Shown in pieces: positions 17,834 to 26,854 of a stretch of 26,974 bases of DNA. Below the pieces are notes generated by a model. It worked only from the letters and a program-made list of their open reading frames with translations, did not search any database and was not told the DNA's origin. The stretch comes from Campylobacterota bacterium. GTDB lineage: Bacteria > Campylobacterota > Campylobacteria > Campylobacterales > Sulfurimonadaceae. Each line of letters begins with the position of its first letter. Positions within the stretch are counted from its first letter, which is position 1. The stretch lies in contig JAYEMF010000130.1 of the NCBI GenBank assembly GCA_034717975.1, positions 13,354 to 40,327 of the forward strand, in the 5' to 3' direction. The translations under genes were made by a program, and so were the position numbers.

Positions 17834-19203
17834 TTACGGCTTTTTGCTGCTTAGATGATCGGCAAGTGTTTTTGGATCAGGCTGTTTGTAAAATGATCTG
17901 AACTGCTGATCTGCCCACTCGACACTTTTATCCTGATGGCAGCTGCCGTTTTGGCAGGAGTTAGGCATATCATACTCTCTGGTGGCTTCCGGCGGGATGA
18001 TCTTGAAGGCATGTGAACGTATAGAGTGTGTACCGCCGGTTTTGACGATGTAGGGCATATGACAGTCTGCACAGGTGACCTTGTCGCTTGGACAGGGGAA
18101 ATGTTCTTTCGTATGTTTACCTTCTGTCTTGGCAAAAGTGTTGAGATGGCATTCACCGCATGCATTTACCATGTTATGACCGCTCTTGATCTGGCGGTCG
18201 ACACCGTGCGGTTCATGACAGCTGATGCAGGTCAGTCCGAGTTTCGCTGTTTCAAGTGTCGGTTTTTCGCCCTCTTTGGCAGAGCGGTAATCCTGGGAGT
18301 GGCATTTCAGACAGTTGTCATCTTTTCTCCGCCGTGCGGGTTGGGCTTATTGCGCAGGTTCTCGAGAGATTTGGCATGTTTGGAGAAAGAGAAGTCGGCA
18401 AACTCCTGGTGGCGGTTTTTGGAGATACCGTTGCCCCACCAGTTCTTATTCTTTTTATCGGTTTGCGGTGTCGTTGGCTTGAAACTGCTGTTGATATCCT
18501 GTCCAGGAAGGTATTTGAGCGGAAAATTGAAGAGGGTTGTTTTCCCGGCTTCATCGGTAGTTTTGGTTCGGCCGCGGCTGTGGCACTGTCCGCAGACAGA
18601 GGATTTCTGGGAGACGATAATGTCCTCATCAAACTTCTCATGTTCATCGTGGCAGAGAAGACAGGAAGTATCATGACTCATCTGCTGATGGGCAACGTGA
18701 TGGCTGGCCGGACCGTGACACGCTTCACACTGGACGCCATACTCGTTGAACTCATAGGTTTTGGAATCGTAACCGGTGGTGTGGCATCCGTTACACTTTG
18801 TCGAGGCGGGCGTCTCTTTCCAGTTATGAACTTTGTAAGGCACCCATTTTTGTGTCGTGATCATCCATTTGGCAGTGAAAGGGTAGTGATCCCCATCGAT
18901 AACGCGCATATAGACCTGTTCCCATTTCGTACCGACAACGTGGGTGATCTCCTCTTTTTTAAAGGTGACCAGAGGACTGTTCTGTTCAAAATCACCGACG
19001 ATCTGATCAGCAGATGTCACAGGAAAAAAGATAAGAGGATGCAGTGTGTTATTGTGACTTTTGTGTTGAACCTGATGGCACTGGGCACACGATTTTTGAC
19101 CGACATAATGCGGTTTGGCTTCCAGCGTACTATGATTTGAATAAAGATACCATCCGATGATGCCAACAACCAGAAAAGTTAGTAAGAGGATAACTTTTTT
19201 CAT
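17834..19203 (-). pseudogene. Multiheme (~10 heme) cytochrome c interrupted by one -1 frameshift near 18323-18326
   Basis: 5 CxxCH in ORF 19203-18307. The shifted frame continues DDNCLKCH..CISCH..CGECH..CADCH..CQNGSCH to the stop at 17834; adding 1 nt gives 456 aa. Confidence 0.85.
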
Positions 19204-19248
19204 TTAGGTACTTTTATCCAAAATTTATTCATCGTATAATTATGGATT

Positions 19249-19257
19249 ATTTTAACA
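19249..19257 (-). promoter_or_regulatory. Putative extended -10 for the cytochrome-DGC operon
   Basis: TGTTAAAAT on the minus strand, ~45 nt upstream of ATG 19203. Confidence 0.4.
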
Positions 19258-19300
19258 TAAAAATTGTTTTAAACATGCAGAAAATAGAGCTGTCGTGATA

Positions 19301-20563
19301 CTATTCTCTTAACCGGTCGATTTTAGCCCCCAACCCTTCCAGTTTTTTCTCCAGCTCTTCATAGCCACGGTCAAGGTGATAGATACGGTGAACATCAGTC
19401 GTTCCCTTCGCAACCATCCCGGCCAGGACCAGTGCGCTGGATGCCCTAAGGTCTGTTGCCATGACATCGGCTCCAAAGAGCTCTGATGGACCGGTGACGG
19501 TGGCCACGTGGCCGTTTAATCTGATCTCCGCACCCAAACGCTGAAGTTCGCTGACATGCATGAAACGGTTTTCAAAGAGACGCTCTTCGATGGTGCTGGT
19601 GCCATCGGCCTGTGTTGCAAGAGCCATAAACTGAGCCTGCATATCGGTAGGAAAAGCAGGATACTCCTGGGTAATGATATCGACAGGTTTGAGAAACTCT
19701 GTCGGATGCAAAGTTATGCTGTTCTCTGTGATATCAAAGCTCAGGCCCATCTCTTCAAGTTTTGAGATGGCAGCTCCGAGGTGTTTGGGTTCAACACTGT
19801 CGAGGGTGACTTCTGAACGCGTAATAGCTGCAGCACACAGATAGGTGCCAGCTTCGATACGATCTGGAATCACATCAAAAGGATCGATGTTGATCAACCG
19901 TCGATCAGTTCCGTAGATGACAAGTTCAGCCGTTCCGATCCCTTCGATACTGACACCGCTGTTACGAAGTACCTCACACAGTTGAACCACTTCAGGTTCG
20001 CGGGCGGCATTGGTGATGGTGGTTTTTCCCTTGGCAAGTGCGGCTGCCATAACGACATTGGCTGTTCCGGTGACGGTGATCTTGTCGAAGATAATGTCTG
20101 CTCCGGTGAGCCCGTCTTCAGCCACTGCCTGAACATAACCTCCATGGATGGTGATGGTCGCACCCATCTGTTCAAGGGCTTTGAGATGCAGGTCAATAGG
20201 TCGCTGACCGATGGCACATCCACCCGGAAGTGAGACTTCACAATGGCCAAAACGGGCAAGTAACGGACCAAGTACCAGGATTGAAGCGCGCATTGTTTTG
20301 ACAATGTCGTAAGTGGCTTTGGTATTTGTCAATGCACTGGTGTCAATGGTGACACTGTGCTCCTCAAGTTCGCAGGACCCGCCAAGATTTTCGATCAGTT
20401 TCAGGAATGTTTTGATGTCGACCACTTCGGGCATATTGCCGATCTCAACACGGTTTTTAGCTAAAAGGGTCATGGCGATCAGTGGAAGCGCAGCGTTTTT
20501 TGCTCCGGAGATGCTCACGTGACCATTGAGTTTCATTGGGCCTTGAATCTGTAGATAATCCAT
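19301..20563 (-). CDS. murA: UDP-GlcNAc 1-carboxyvinyltransferase
   Basis: [20 protein letters not shown] (catalytic Cys), FPTDMQAQ and DLRAS motifs. Confidence 0.99.
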   Translation of the reverse strand: MDYLQIQGPMKLNGHVSISGAKNAALPLIAMTLLAKNRVEIGNMPEVVDIKTFLKLIENLGGSCELEEHSVTIDTSALTNTKATYDIVKTMRASILVLGPLLARFGHCEVSLPGGCAIGQRPIDLHLKALEQMGATITIHGGYVQAVAEDGLTGADIIFDKITVTGTANVVMAAALAKGKTTITNAAREPEVVQLCEVLRNSGVSIEGIGTAELVIYGTDRRLINIDPFDVIPDRIEAGTYLCAAAITRSEVTLDSVEPKHLGAAISKLEEMGLSFDITENSITLHPTEFLKPVDIITQEYPAFPTDMQAQFMALATQADGTSTIEERLFENRFMHVSELQRLGAEIRLNGHVATVTGPSELFGADVMATDLRASSALVLAGMVAKGTTDVHRIYHLDRGYEELEKKLEGLGAKIDRLRE

Positions 20564-20589
20564 ATATACTCTTCTTGAAAAATTATGTG

Positions 20590-20623
20590 ATTATAGGGTA
20601 AACATAGTTAAGAAAGGTATAAT
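20590..20623. promoter_or_regulatory. Back-to-back -10 boxes for murA (-) and the 20740 operon (+)
   Basis: TATAAT on the minus strand at 20590-20595 and on the plus strand at 20618-20623 (preceded by TTAAG). Confidence 0.6.
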
Positions 20624-20633
20624 AATATTGAGA

Positions 20634-20709
20634 ATGCTTTAGCAGCAAAGCTCCTAAAGCTGCGCTAGCCGCTAAGGTACTAAAGCTGGACTCTTGCGAG
20701 GCAGAATAA
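20634..20709 (+). repeat. Structured leader element related to the flhB repeat
   Basis: Hairpin GCTTTAG-C-AGC-AAA-GCT-C-CTAAAGC (20636-20660); 20654-20677 matches 173-196 at 18/24 nt. Confidence 0.55.
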
Positions 20710-20739
20710 ATCATTGTAAATTTTAAAGGAGACCAAGAG

Positions 20740-21174
20740 GTGAGCAGTGCACTGGATCGGCTTAAAAACCTGACGGCAAAGATATCGAGTTATGAACTCT
20801 CGCGTAAAGAGAATATGAAGGTGCTGAAGGCGCTTTTTGAGACCCTGCATATTGACAATAAAGTGACAGAGTTTCATGATCTTTTTGATTTTAAGGCGAT
20901 CAACCTCTCCGGCATGTCACTTGCTGCCGACACTCTGGGTGAAGTAAAAGAGGGGAAATATATCCAGGTCATTGCCATTACCTACGATAAAACTTCCGAA
21001 GTCAAAAACAAGAACATCTCGCTGGCCTATTTTGGCCGTGCAGAAAATGTGGACCCGCAGCTGCGTGAAAAGATCATCACCTTTGTTCTGCGCTGGCGAT
21101 TTGAGAAGAGTTTTATGACGCTTGAACACTATCATACGATGCTGGAATCACTCAAGCCAAAAGCCGATGCGTAG
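20740..21174 (+). CDS. Hypothetical protein
   Basis: 144-aa ORF, AAGGAG RBS, GTG start; no motif recognised. Confidence 0.8.
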   Translation: MSSALDRLKNLTAKISSYELSRKENMKVLKALFETLHIDNKVTEFHDLFDFKAINLSGMSLAADTLGEVKEGKYIQVIAITYDKTSEVKNKNISLAYFGRAENVDPQLREKIITFVLRWRFEKSFMTLEHYHTMLESLKPKADA

Positions 21175-21706
21175 ATTCTGGTTTGGGCTCTGGCTCTATT
21201 GGGCTGCCTGGCTGAGTTCTTTTAGTGTAGGAGTGGGGATGCTCCTGGCACTGCTGATCACGGGCGGTATCTATCTTGGTAAAGGGGCGGTTCCATTGAA
21301 CGCTGAAGTGTGGCTGGCACTGAGGGATCTCTTTTGGTTCTGGTTCGCTCTGTCATGGAGTATTTCTCTCCTGATCGGTCTGCTTCTGGTCGTGAAACGC
21401 CTCTTTTACCGCTGTATTGACCATAAGCGACTTGTGTTTGTCCTCTGTCCGTCGCAAGAGGAGATCCGTGATCTGCGTGTCGAAGATACGATCAAGCTGT
21501 GGCGAAAATGGCTGATCAGCATCATCTGGGCGGTAGCGGCACAGGTAGTCATTGTCATTGCGATCGAATACCTGATGGGACGGGGTGAAAGTGTGCTTTC
21601 GTGGTTCTCAATCTACTGGCTCTATCTCTTTGTATTGATCGCCGGTGCGATCACCCTGCCGATGATGGATGCCCGCTGTAAGATGGTAAAGGTTAAGCAG
21701 TGCTGA
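21167..21706 (+). CDS. Hypothetical integral membrane protein
   Basis: About four hydrophobic Trp-rich segments; ATG 21167 overlaps the upstream gene end. Confidence 0.8.
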   Translation: MRRFWFGLWLYWAAWLSSFSVGVGMLLALLITGGIYLGKGAVPLNAEVWLALRDLFWFWFALSWSISLLIGLLLVVKRLFYRCIDHKRLVFVLCPSQEEIRDLRVEDTIKLWRKWLISIIWAVAAQVVIVIAIEYLMGRGESVLSWFSIYWLYLFVLIAGAITLPMMDARCKMVKVKQC

Positions 21707-22416
21707 TCTATCTTGATCTGGAAACAACCGGAGTGGAGAAGAAGGACCGGATCTGCGCCATCGGCCTGATCGCAGTAGAGGGTGAGGATGTGACGGTGAT
21801 GAATGATCTCGTCAAACCGCCTAGAAAGATCCGTCCCGAAGCGATGGCGGTGCATCACATCACCAATGAGATGGTCAGTGATAAACCGCCATTTTTGGAT
21901 AGTGAAACAGTGAAATGGCTAAGTGAACATAATAGTGCAGATAATGTTCTGATCGCACACAACGTCGATTTTGAACTGACGATGCTGCAGCGAGAAGGAA
22001 TTGTCTGGCAGGGTGCGATCATCGATACGCTAAAGTGTACAAAACACCTGATAAAAGAGGTGGAAAAACATAGTCTGCAGTATCTCCGTTATGAGCTTGG
22101 ACTATATAAAAGTGAAGTGAAAGCGGCCAAGACATTGGATATCCCGTTGATTGCCCATACCGTTTTAAGCGATGCGCTGCATGCGAAACTGCTGCATGAG
22201 TATCTAAATGAGATGGCCGATGATGAACGCCTCTTTGAACTCACCGTAGAACGGGCTCTGATCCAGAAGTTCAACTTTGGGAAATACAGCGGCCGCTATA
22301 TCGAAGAGATTGCGATGCGGGACCCTGGTTACCTGGAGTGGATGCTGGGAAATATGTTCGACATGGATGAAGATCTGCGTTACAGTGTCGAGTATTATAT
22401 GAGAGAGACGCGATAA
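21700..22416 (+). CDS. DEDDh 3'-5' exonuclease (DnaQ/ExoX-like) with C-terminal FGKY domain
   Basis: DLETTG, AHNVDFE, HTVLSDA and FNFGKYSG..DPGYLEW motifs. Confidence 0.9.
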   Translation: MLIYLDLETTGVEKKDRICAIGLIAVEGEDVTVMNDLVKPPRKIRPEAMAVHHITNEMVSDKPPFLDSETVKWLSEHNSADNVLIAHNVDFELTMLQREGIVWQGAIIDTLKCTKHLIKEVEKHSLQYLRYELGLYKSEVKAAKTLDIPLIAHTVLSDALHAKLLHEYLNEMADDERLFELTVERALIQKFNFGKYSGRYIEEIAMRDPGYLEWMLGNMFDMDEDLRYSVEYYMRETR

Positions 22417-22425
22417 GGAGCAGTG

Positions 22426-23028
22426 ATGTCACGGTTTGACCTGGTGGCCAATGAGTGGGATAAAAAAGAGATGCGTCTGATGATTGCCGCGAGTTGTGCC
22501 GAAGCGATCAAACGGCATCTTCCTCTGTCCGGTTCGATGCATATTATGGATTTCGGGGCGGGAACGGGACTGCTCAGTTTTGAGATCGCCAAATCGGTTG
22601 AAACGGTTACGGCGGTGGATACATCACTAAAAATGCTTGAAGTTCTCGAAGCAAAAAACAGTGATGAACTTGCTGTGCAGACGCATTGCGGCGATATCAT
22701 GCATCTTCCGCTAGAAAATGATTTTGATGGTATTGTGAGTTCAATGGCAATGCACCATCTGGAAGATACAAAAGCTTTTTTCAGGGTGCTTGGTGAACAC
22801 CTGAAGCCGGGAGGCTTTGTCGCCATCTGTGACCTTGCCAAAGAGGATGGAAGCTTTCACTCTCACGGCAATGATGGCGTCTATCACTTTGGATTTTATG
22901 AAGACGCTTTACGTAAGATCGTTGAAGAAGCGGGATTTGATGCCGTCAACTTTTATCCGGTATATACGGTCGAAAAAGAGTCCGGAAGTTACCCGGTCTT
23001 TCTACTTTATGCGATCAGGAACCGGTAG
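22426..23028 (+). CDS. Class I SAM-dependent methyltransferase
   Basis: MDFGAGTG, SSMAMHH and LKPGG motifs; AAGGAG RBS. Confidence 0.9.
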   Translation: MSRFDLVANEWDKKEMRLMIAASCAEAIKRHLPLSGSMHIMDFGAGTGLLSFEIAKSVETVTAVDTSLKMLEVLEAKNSDELAVQTHCGDIMHLPLENDFDGIVSSMAMHHLEDTKAFFRVLGEHLKPGGFVAICDLAKEDGSFHSHGNDGVYHFGFYEDALRKIVEEAGFDAVNFYPVYTVEKESGSYPVFLLYAIRNR

Positions 23029-23608
23029 GCTGAAGCCCCATCCTGATTCTTACATACCACTGCTGTTCCAGCGGTGCGATCCTCCCAAGCTCATCCCATA
23101 GGTTTGTTTCACTGTTTACCTGAGTGTTAAAAGCGTGAATGATGCCGGCAAACTCTTCAGGTTTATACTCCGTGGCTCTTGTTTTAGCCAATGCAATGAT
23201 ATCGCGAGGGTTGAATTCCGCTTCAAAGTTGGTATTGAATGCCATGAAGTCGTGGCTGTTCTCTGTCGCGATCAAAAGGCCATGCTTCTCCATATTGAGC
23301 AGGGTATGGCAATCATTGTACTGTTTTGCATTGCTGAGGTCATAGATGGCGGTGTAGGTGTACTCTCTGGCTCCGTTGAGTCTAAACTGTACGAAACAGA
23401 CGGCAAGGGTACTGTTGTCAAAATCTATGTTCAGTACCGCTGCTTTGAGTTCAGAGGTGATTGACTCCTGAAAGAGGGCTTCGTCCGGGATTTTAATGGC
23501 AAGAAAGGGGATGTCGGACATCACGCCAAGCGGCATGGCTTGAGCGGTGGAGAGATGGCTGAGCAGACTTTTCAGGTTATCTGGAAGGGTGTCGTTGCTA
23601 TTGGGCAT
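23015..23608 (-). CDS. Hypothetical protein (~197 aa)
   Basis: Globular-looking ORF from MPNSNDT; TATAAT on the minus strand at 23637-23642. The longer ORF-track start crosses intergenic DNA. Confidence 0.7.
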   Translation of the reverse strand: MPNSNDTLPDNLKSLLSHLSTAQAMPLGVMSDIPFLAIKIPDEALFQESITSELKAAVLNIDFDNSTLAVCFVQFRLNGAREYTYTAIYDLSNAKQYNDCHTLLNMEKHGLLIATENSHDFMAFNTNFEAEFNPRDIIALAKTRATEYKPEEFAGIIHAFNTQVNSETNLWDELGRIAPLEQQWYVRIRMGLQPTGS

Positions 23609-23792
23609 AATATCGCTTTCTCTTTTGGATGGCGGCATTATACAATCTGATGCATGGTAATTCAAGTTTAAGTTATATTTCATTTTCGTCATTCCTGGCT
23701 TCACAGAAATGACGGGGTCAAAAACTAAACTGAATATTAAACCTGAACTACCGTGAATCTGATGAACCGGATTCAAAAGCAAAAGAAAGTTT

Positions 23793-23801
23793 TGGTAAAA
23801 T
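23793..23801 (+). promoter_or_regulatory. Putative extended -10 for the 23846-rsmD unit
   Basis: TGGTAAAAT. Confidence 0.5.
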
Positions 23802-23845
23802 ACTGAAATTATTGATCTCCCACATCTCATACAAATAGGAAATAC

Positions 23846-24232
23846 GTGAAAGTAGCTGTTCAGTGTGAATCTCCCCTCTTGCAACGCTCATTGGAGCTTT
23901 TCTTGGCTGCCCACCTGAGCTCCCTGAAACATTGTGATGTCGTTATCCGTGACCGGCAGATCAATGATGGGTATAAGAGTCTATACGTGGGTACCTCTCC
24001 GGATGCCGATCTGGTCAAGCCCTTTTCCCGTTCTCAGCTTATGCTTCTCCTTGATCAGATGTCTGAAGATGAAGAGGCTGTCCAGGAGATCCAAGAGATC
24101 ACTGAGGAGATCGGGGTAAGTGAAAAAAGTGACGAAATGGATTTTTCGATTCTTGAAAAACGGATCGAGAAGCTGACGCAGGAGTATCAGGCCAACATCC
24201 TTAAAGCGGTACGGACTTTTTATGAAGGGTAA
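23846..24232 (+). CDS. Hypothetical protein upstream of rsmD
   Basis: 128-aa ORF, AGGA RBS, overlaps the rsmD start. Confidence 0.8.
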   Translation: MKVAVQCESPLLQRSLELFLAAHLSSLKHCDVVIRDRQINDGYKSLYVGTSPDADLVKPFSRSQLMLLLDQMSEDEEAVQEIQEITEEIGVSEKSDEMDFSILEKRIEKLTQEYQANILKAVRTFYEG

Positions 24233-24806
24233 ACCGCTTACCAAAAAGATTATTGCCGGAACATTCAAAGGAAAAACACTCAAACTTCCCTCCAAAGTGA
24301 CGACGCGCAGTTCCAAAGGGATCGTCCTCGAATCTTTTTTCAATACACTTCAGTATGAGATCATCGATGCCACGTTTGTCGAACTCTTCTCCGGCAGCGG
24401 TTCGATAGGGCTGGAAGCATTGAGCCGGGGTGCCGAGCATCTCATTTTTATGGAGATGGACCGGGAGGCTCAAAAAATCTTGAAAGCGAACATCGCACAG
24501 ACTGATCCTGCAAGGTGTGAGATTGTTTCCGGCGACAGTTTTGTCAATATCTCTCAGGTCGTTGCACAGTTGAAACGTCAGGGAAAAGAGGCCTATTTCT
24601 ATATCGATCCGCCGTTTTCAATCCGCGAAGGGCATGAAGATATCTACAATAAGATGATCGCGCTCATTACCTCATTGCCGGACGAGGTGGTCAAAATGAT
24701 CATTGTCGAACATATGACCGGCCTTGAACTGGCTGATCAGCTGGGAATACATACGAAGATCAAAAGCAAAAAATTTGGAAAGACCTCGCTGACCTACTAC
24801 TCCTGA
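24222..24806 (+). CDS. rsmD: 16S rRNA m2G966 methyltransferase
   Basis: IIAGTFKG, ELFSGSGSIGLEALSRGA and DPPF motifs. Confidence 0.95.
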   Translation: MKGKPLTKKIIAGTFKGKTLKLPSKVTTRSSKGIVLESFFNTLQYEIIDATFVELFSGSGSIGLEALSRGAEHLIFMEMDREAQKILKANIAQTDPARCEIVSGDSFVNISQVVAQLKRQGKEAYFYIDPPFSIREGHEDIYNKMIALITSLPDEVVKMIIVEHMTGLELADQLGIHTKIKSKKFGKTSLTYYS

Positions 24807-25432
24807 TGGGAGAGTAGCCCGTTATCTGTTAACACTTCGATGAAGGCATCAGCCATCATCTCATAACCTTTCTCGTTTGGATGGATGCGGTCGCTTTTCA
24901 GGGCTGTATCTGCTTCAATAAGACCTAAAGTATCCTCTTCAAATATTACGTCTCTCTCTTTGGCCACTTCATTATAAAGTGGAAGCGTATTAAATCCCAG
25001 CCAGCCAAAATCAGGAACACCTACCAGTAGTACTTTGGCACCGTTTTTGTGAATCATATCGATCATGGCCAATAAATTATTTTTCAGTTGGAGAAGGGAG
25101 TGTTTACGCAAGATGTCATTGCCGCCATGGCAGAGGATGACGATGTCGGGATTTTGTTTTAAAACTCCTTGAAGACGTTGCAGCCCTTCCGAGGACTCTT
25201 CTCCGGAGATACCGGCATTGATGACTTTTAACCCGGTTTTTGCCGCTAATTGAGATGGATAGCTAAAGCCTGATTTGACACCATATCCATAGGTTAGGCT
25301 GTCCCCAAAGGCGAGAATAACGGCATCCTGTTTTAATGGACTATAAGGCTGATGGCTTCCATCCTCTTTTATTAAAAGAAGAAAAACAGCTAAAACCGTT
25401 GCCAGCAGCGCGATAAACGTCATCTTTTTCAT
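24797..25432 (-). CDS. SGNH/GDSL arylesterase (TesA-like), exported or membrane-anchored
   Basis: FGDSLT, NAGISG, GGND and DRIHPN catalytic blocks; N-terminal hydrophobic segment. Confidence 0.93.
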   Translation of the reverse strand: MKKMTFIALLATVLAVFLLLIKEDGSHQPYSPLKQDAVILAFGDSLTYGYGVKSGFSYPSQLAAKTGLKVINAGISGEESSEGLQRLQGVLKQNPDIVILCHGGNDILRKHSLLQLKNNLLAMIDMIHKNGAKVLLVGVPDFGWLGFNTLPLYNEVAKERDVIFEEDTLGLIEADTALKSDRIHPNEKGYEMMADAFIEVLTDNGLLSHQE

Positions 25433-25463
25433 TCAATGATTATATCTGTTTAGTTGCTGATTC

Positions 25464-25480
25464 TGGAACACCATTTGCTT
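25464..25480 (+). promoter_or_regulatory. Sigma54 (-24/-12) promoter of flgI
   Basis: TGGAACACCATTTGCTT (GG-N10-GC), matching the Campylobacterota TGGAAC-N5-TTGC form. Confidence 0.88.
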
Positions 25481-25506
25481 TTTATGGTCACTATAGAAGG
25501 AAGATA

Positions 25507-26553
25507 ATGCGAATAATTGCTTTTTTTGTCTTGATGACACTGACGCTTTCTGCCAGTAAAATTGGCGATGTCAGCAATGTTGTCGGTGTGCGTGACAACC
25601 AACTGATCGGTTATTCACTGGTCGTTGGACTTAAAAAGACAGGTGATGGAACGACCTCGAAATTCACGCTTCAGTCAATCGCCAACATGCTCAAGGCAAT
25701 GAACATCGATATGGCTCCCAATGACATCAAATCAAAAAATGTCGCAGCCGTTGTAGTGACTGCAAAACTGGGACCGTTCAATCGTCAGGGTGACAAGTTC
25801 AACGTAACAGTCTCCTCCATCGGTGATGCCAAATCAATCGAAGGGGGTACGCTCTTGATGACACCGCTAAAAGGGGTAGATGGTCGTATATACGCTCTGG
25901 CGCAGGGACCTGTCAGTATTGGCGGTAAAAATGAGCGCGGAGGCAGTTCGGAGTCGCACTCGACAGCAGGACTTGTTTATGACGGCGGTATGGTAGAGCG
26001 TGAGATCAATCACGATCTCTATCATCAGGACTACATTACACTCTCTCTGAAAGAGGCAAGTTTTCAAAATGCGATCTCTGTACAAAATACGATCAACAGT
26101 GCCTATAATACACAGGTTGCTGTAGCGATGGACCCGCGTACCGTCAAGCTGAAACGTCCTGAAAACCGTTCGATGATCGAGTTTCTTGCGGCTGTTCAGT
26201 CGATGAAGGTTGAGTATAAACCAAATGCAAGAATTATCATCAATGAGCGTACGGGAACGGTTGTGGCGGGTGTAGATGTCTATGTCAAACCGGTGGTGAT
26301 CACGCATGGTGATATCACGATCAAGATCCTCTCAGAAGATACGCCTCAACAGCCTGCGGGAAGTGTAGCCGTTGATCAGGACCTGGTCATAGGGTTGAAT
26401 GAGAACGAGCTCTATACAAAAAAGGGGACGACCACGGTAGCAAATATCGCCCGTTCGCTTCAAAAACTTGGTGCGACGCCAAAAGATGTGATTTCCATTC
26501 TTGAAGCGATGAAAAGTGCGGGTGCGATTTCGGCCGATCTGGAGGTCATCTAA
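25507..26553 (+). CDS. flgI: Flagellar P-ring protein
   Basis: GVRDNQLIGYSLVVGL, NVAAVVVTA and INERTGTVV motifs. Confidence 0.98.
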   Translation: MRIIAFFVLMTLTLSASKIGDVSNVVGVRDNQLIGYSLVVGLKKTGDGTTSKFTLQSIANMLKAMNIDMAPNDIKSKNVAAVVVTAKLGPFNRQGDKFNVTVSSIGDAKSIEGGTLLMTPLKGVDGRIYALAQGPVSIGGKNERGGSSESHSTAGLVYDGGMVEREINHDLYHQDYITLSLKEASFQNAISVQNTINSAYNTQVAVAMDPRTVKLKRPENRSMIEFLAAVQSMKVEYKPNARIIINERTGTVVAGVDVYVKPVVITHGDITIKILSEDTPQQPAGSVAVDQDLVIGLNENELYTKKGTTTVANIARSLQKLGATPKDVISILEAMKSAGAISADLEVI

Positions 26554-26554
26554 G

Positions 26555-26848
26555 ATGAATGTAGGACTAGACAGGGCACTGCTGGCATCACAGAATAGTA
26601 AGCTGCCGGCGATAGCAAAAGATGAAGATCTTCAGGCGCTTCGTGAAAAGACAGATCAGTTTGAAGCGATCATTGTCAAGATGATGCTGGATAATGCCAT
26701 GCAGGATGAAAAAAATATTTTCAGCGAGAGCAAAGATCCTGGCGGAAAGATCTATAAATCGATGTTCCGCGACGAACTTGCACGTGCCAGTGCAGGAAGC
26801 TTTGGCTTCTCCCAGATGCTGTTTGAGCACCTCAGTGAAAGGTCATAA
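26555..26848 (+). CDS. flgJ: Single-domain rod-binding protein FlgJ
   Basis: LREKTDQFEAIIVKMML..IYKSM..GFSQML; directly after flgI. Confidence 0.85.
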   Translation: MNVGLDRALLASQNSKLPAIAKDEDLQALREKTDQFEAIIVKMMLDNAMQDEKNIFSESKDPGGKIYKSMFRDELARASAGSFGFSQMLFEHLSERS

Positions 26849-26854
26849 AAATAT

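Noticed and set aside
17834..18172. Separate 112-aa cytochrome gene
   Set aside because: No signal peptide, and its frame extends upstream through two more CxxCH motifs to the frameshift; it is the C-terminus of the larger gene.
18026..19140. Long plus-strand ORFs (216 and 294 aa)
   Set aside because: Antisense shadows of the multiheme cytochrome gene, with no recognisable motifs.
23609..23884. 92-aa N-terminal extension of the minus-strand ORF
   Set aside because: It crosses promoter-like intergenic DNA and overlaps the start of the divergent gene; ATG 23608 fits better.
423..26830. Remaining nested or antisense ORFs in the six-frame track
   Set aside because: All overlap well-supported genes and lack motifs.
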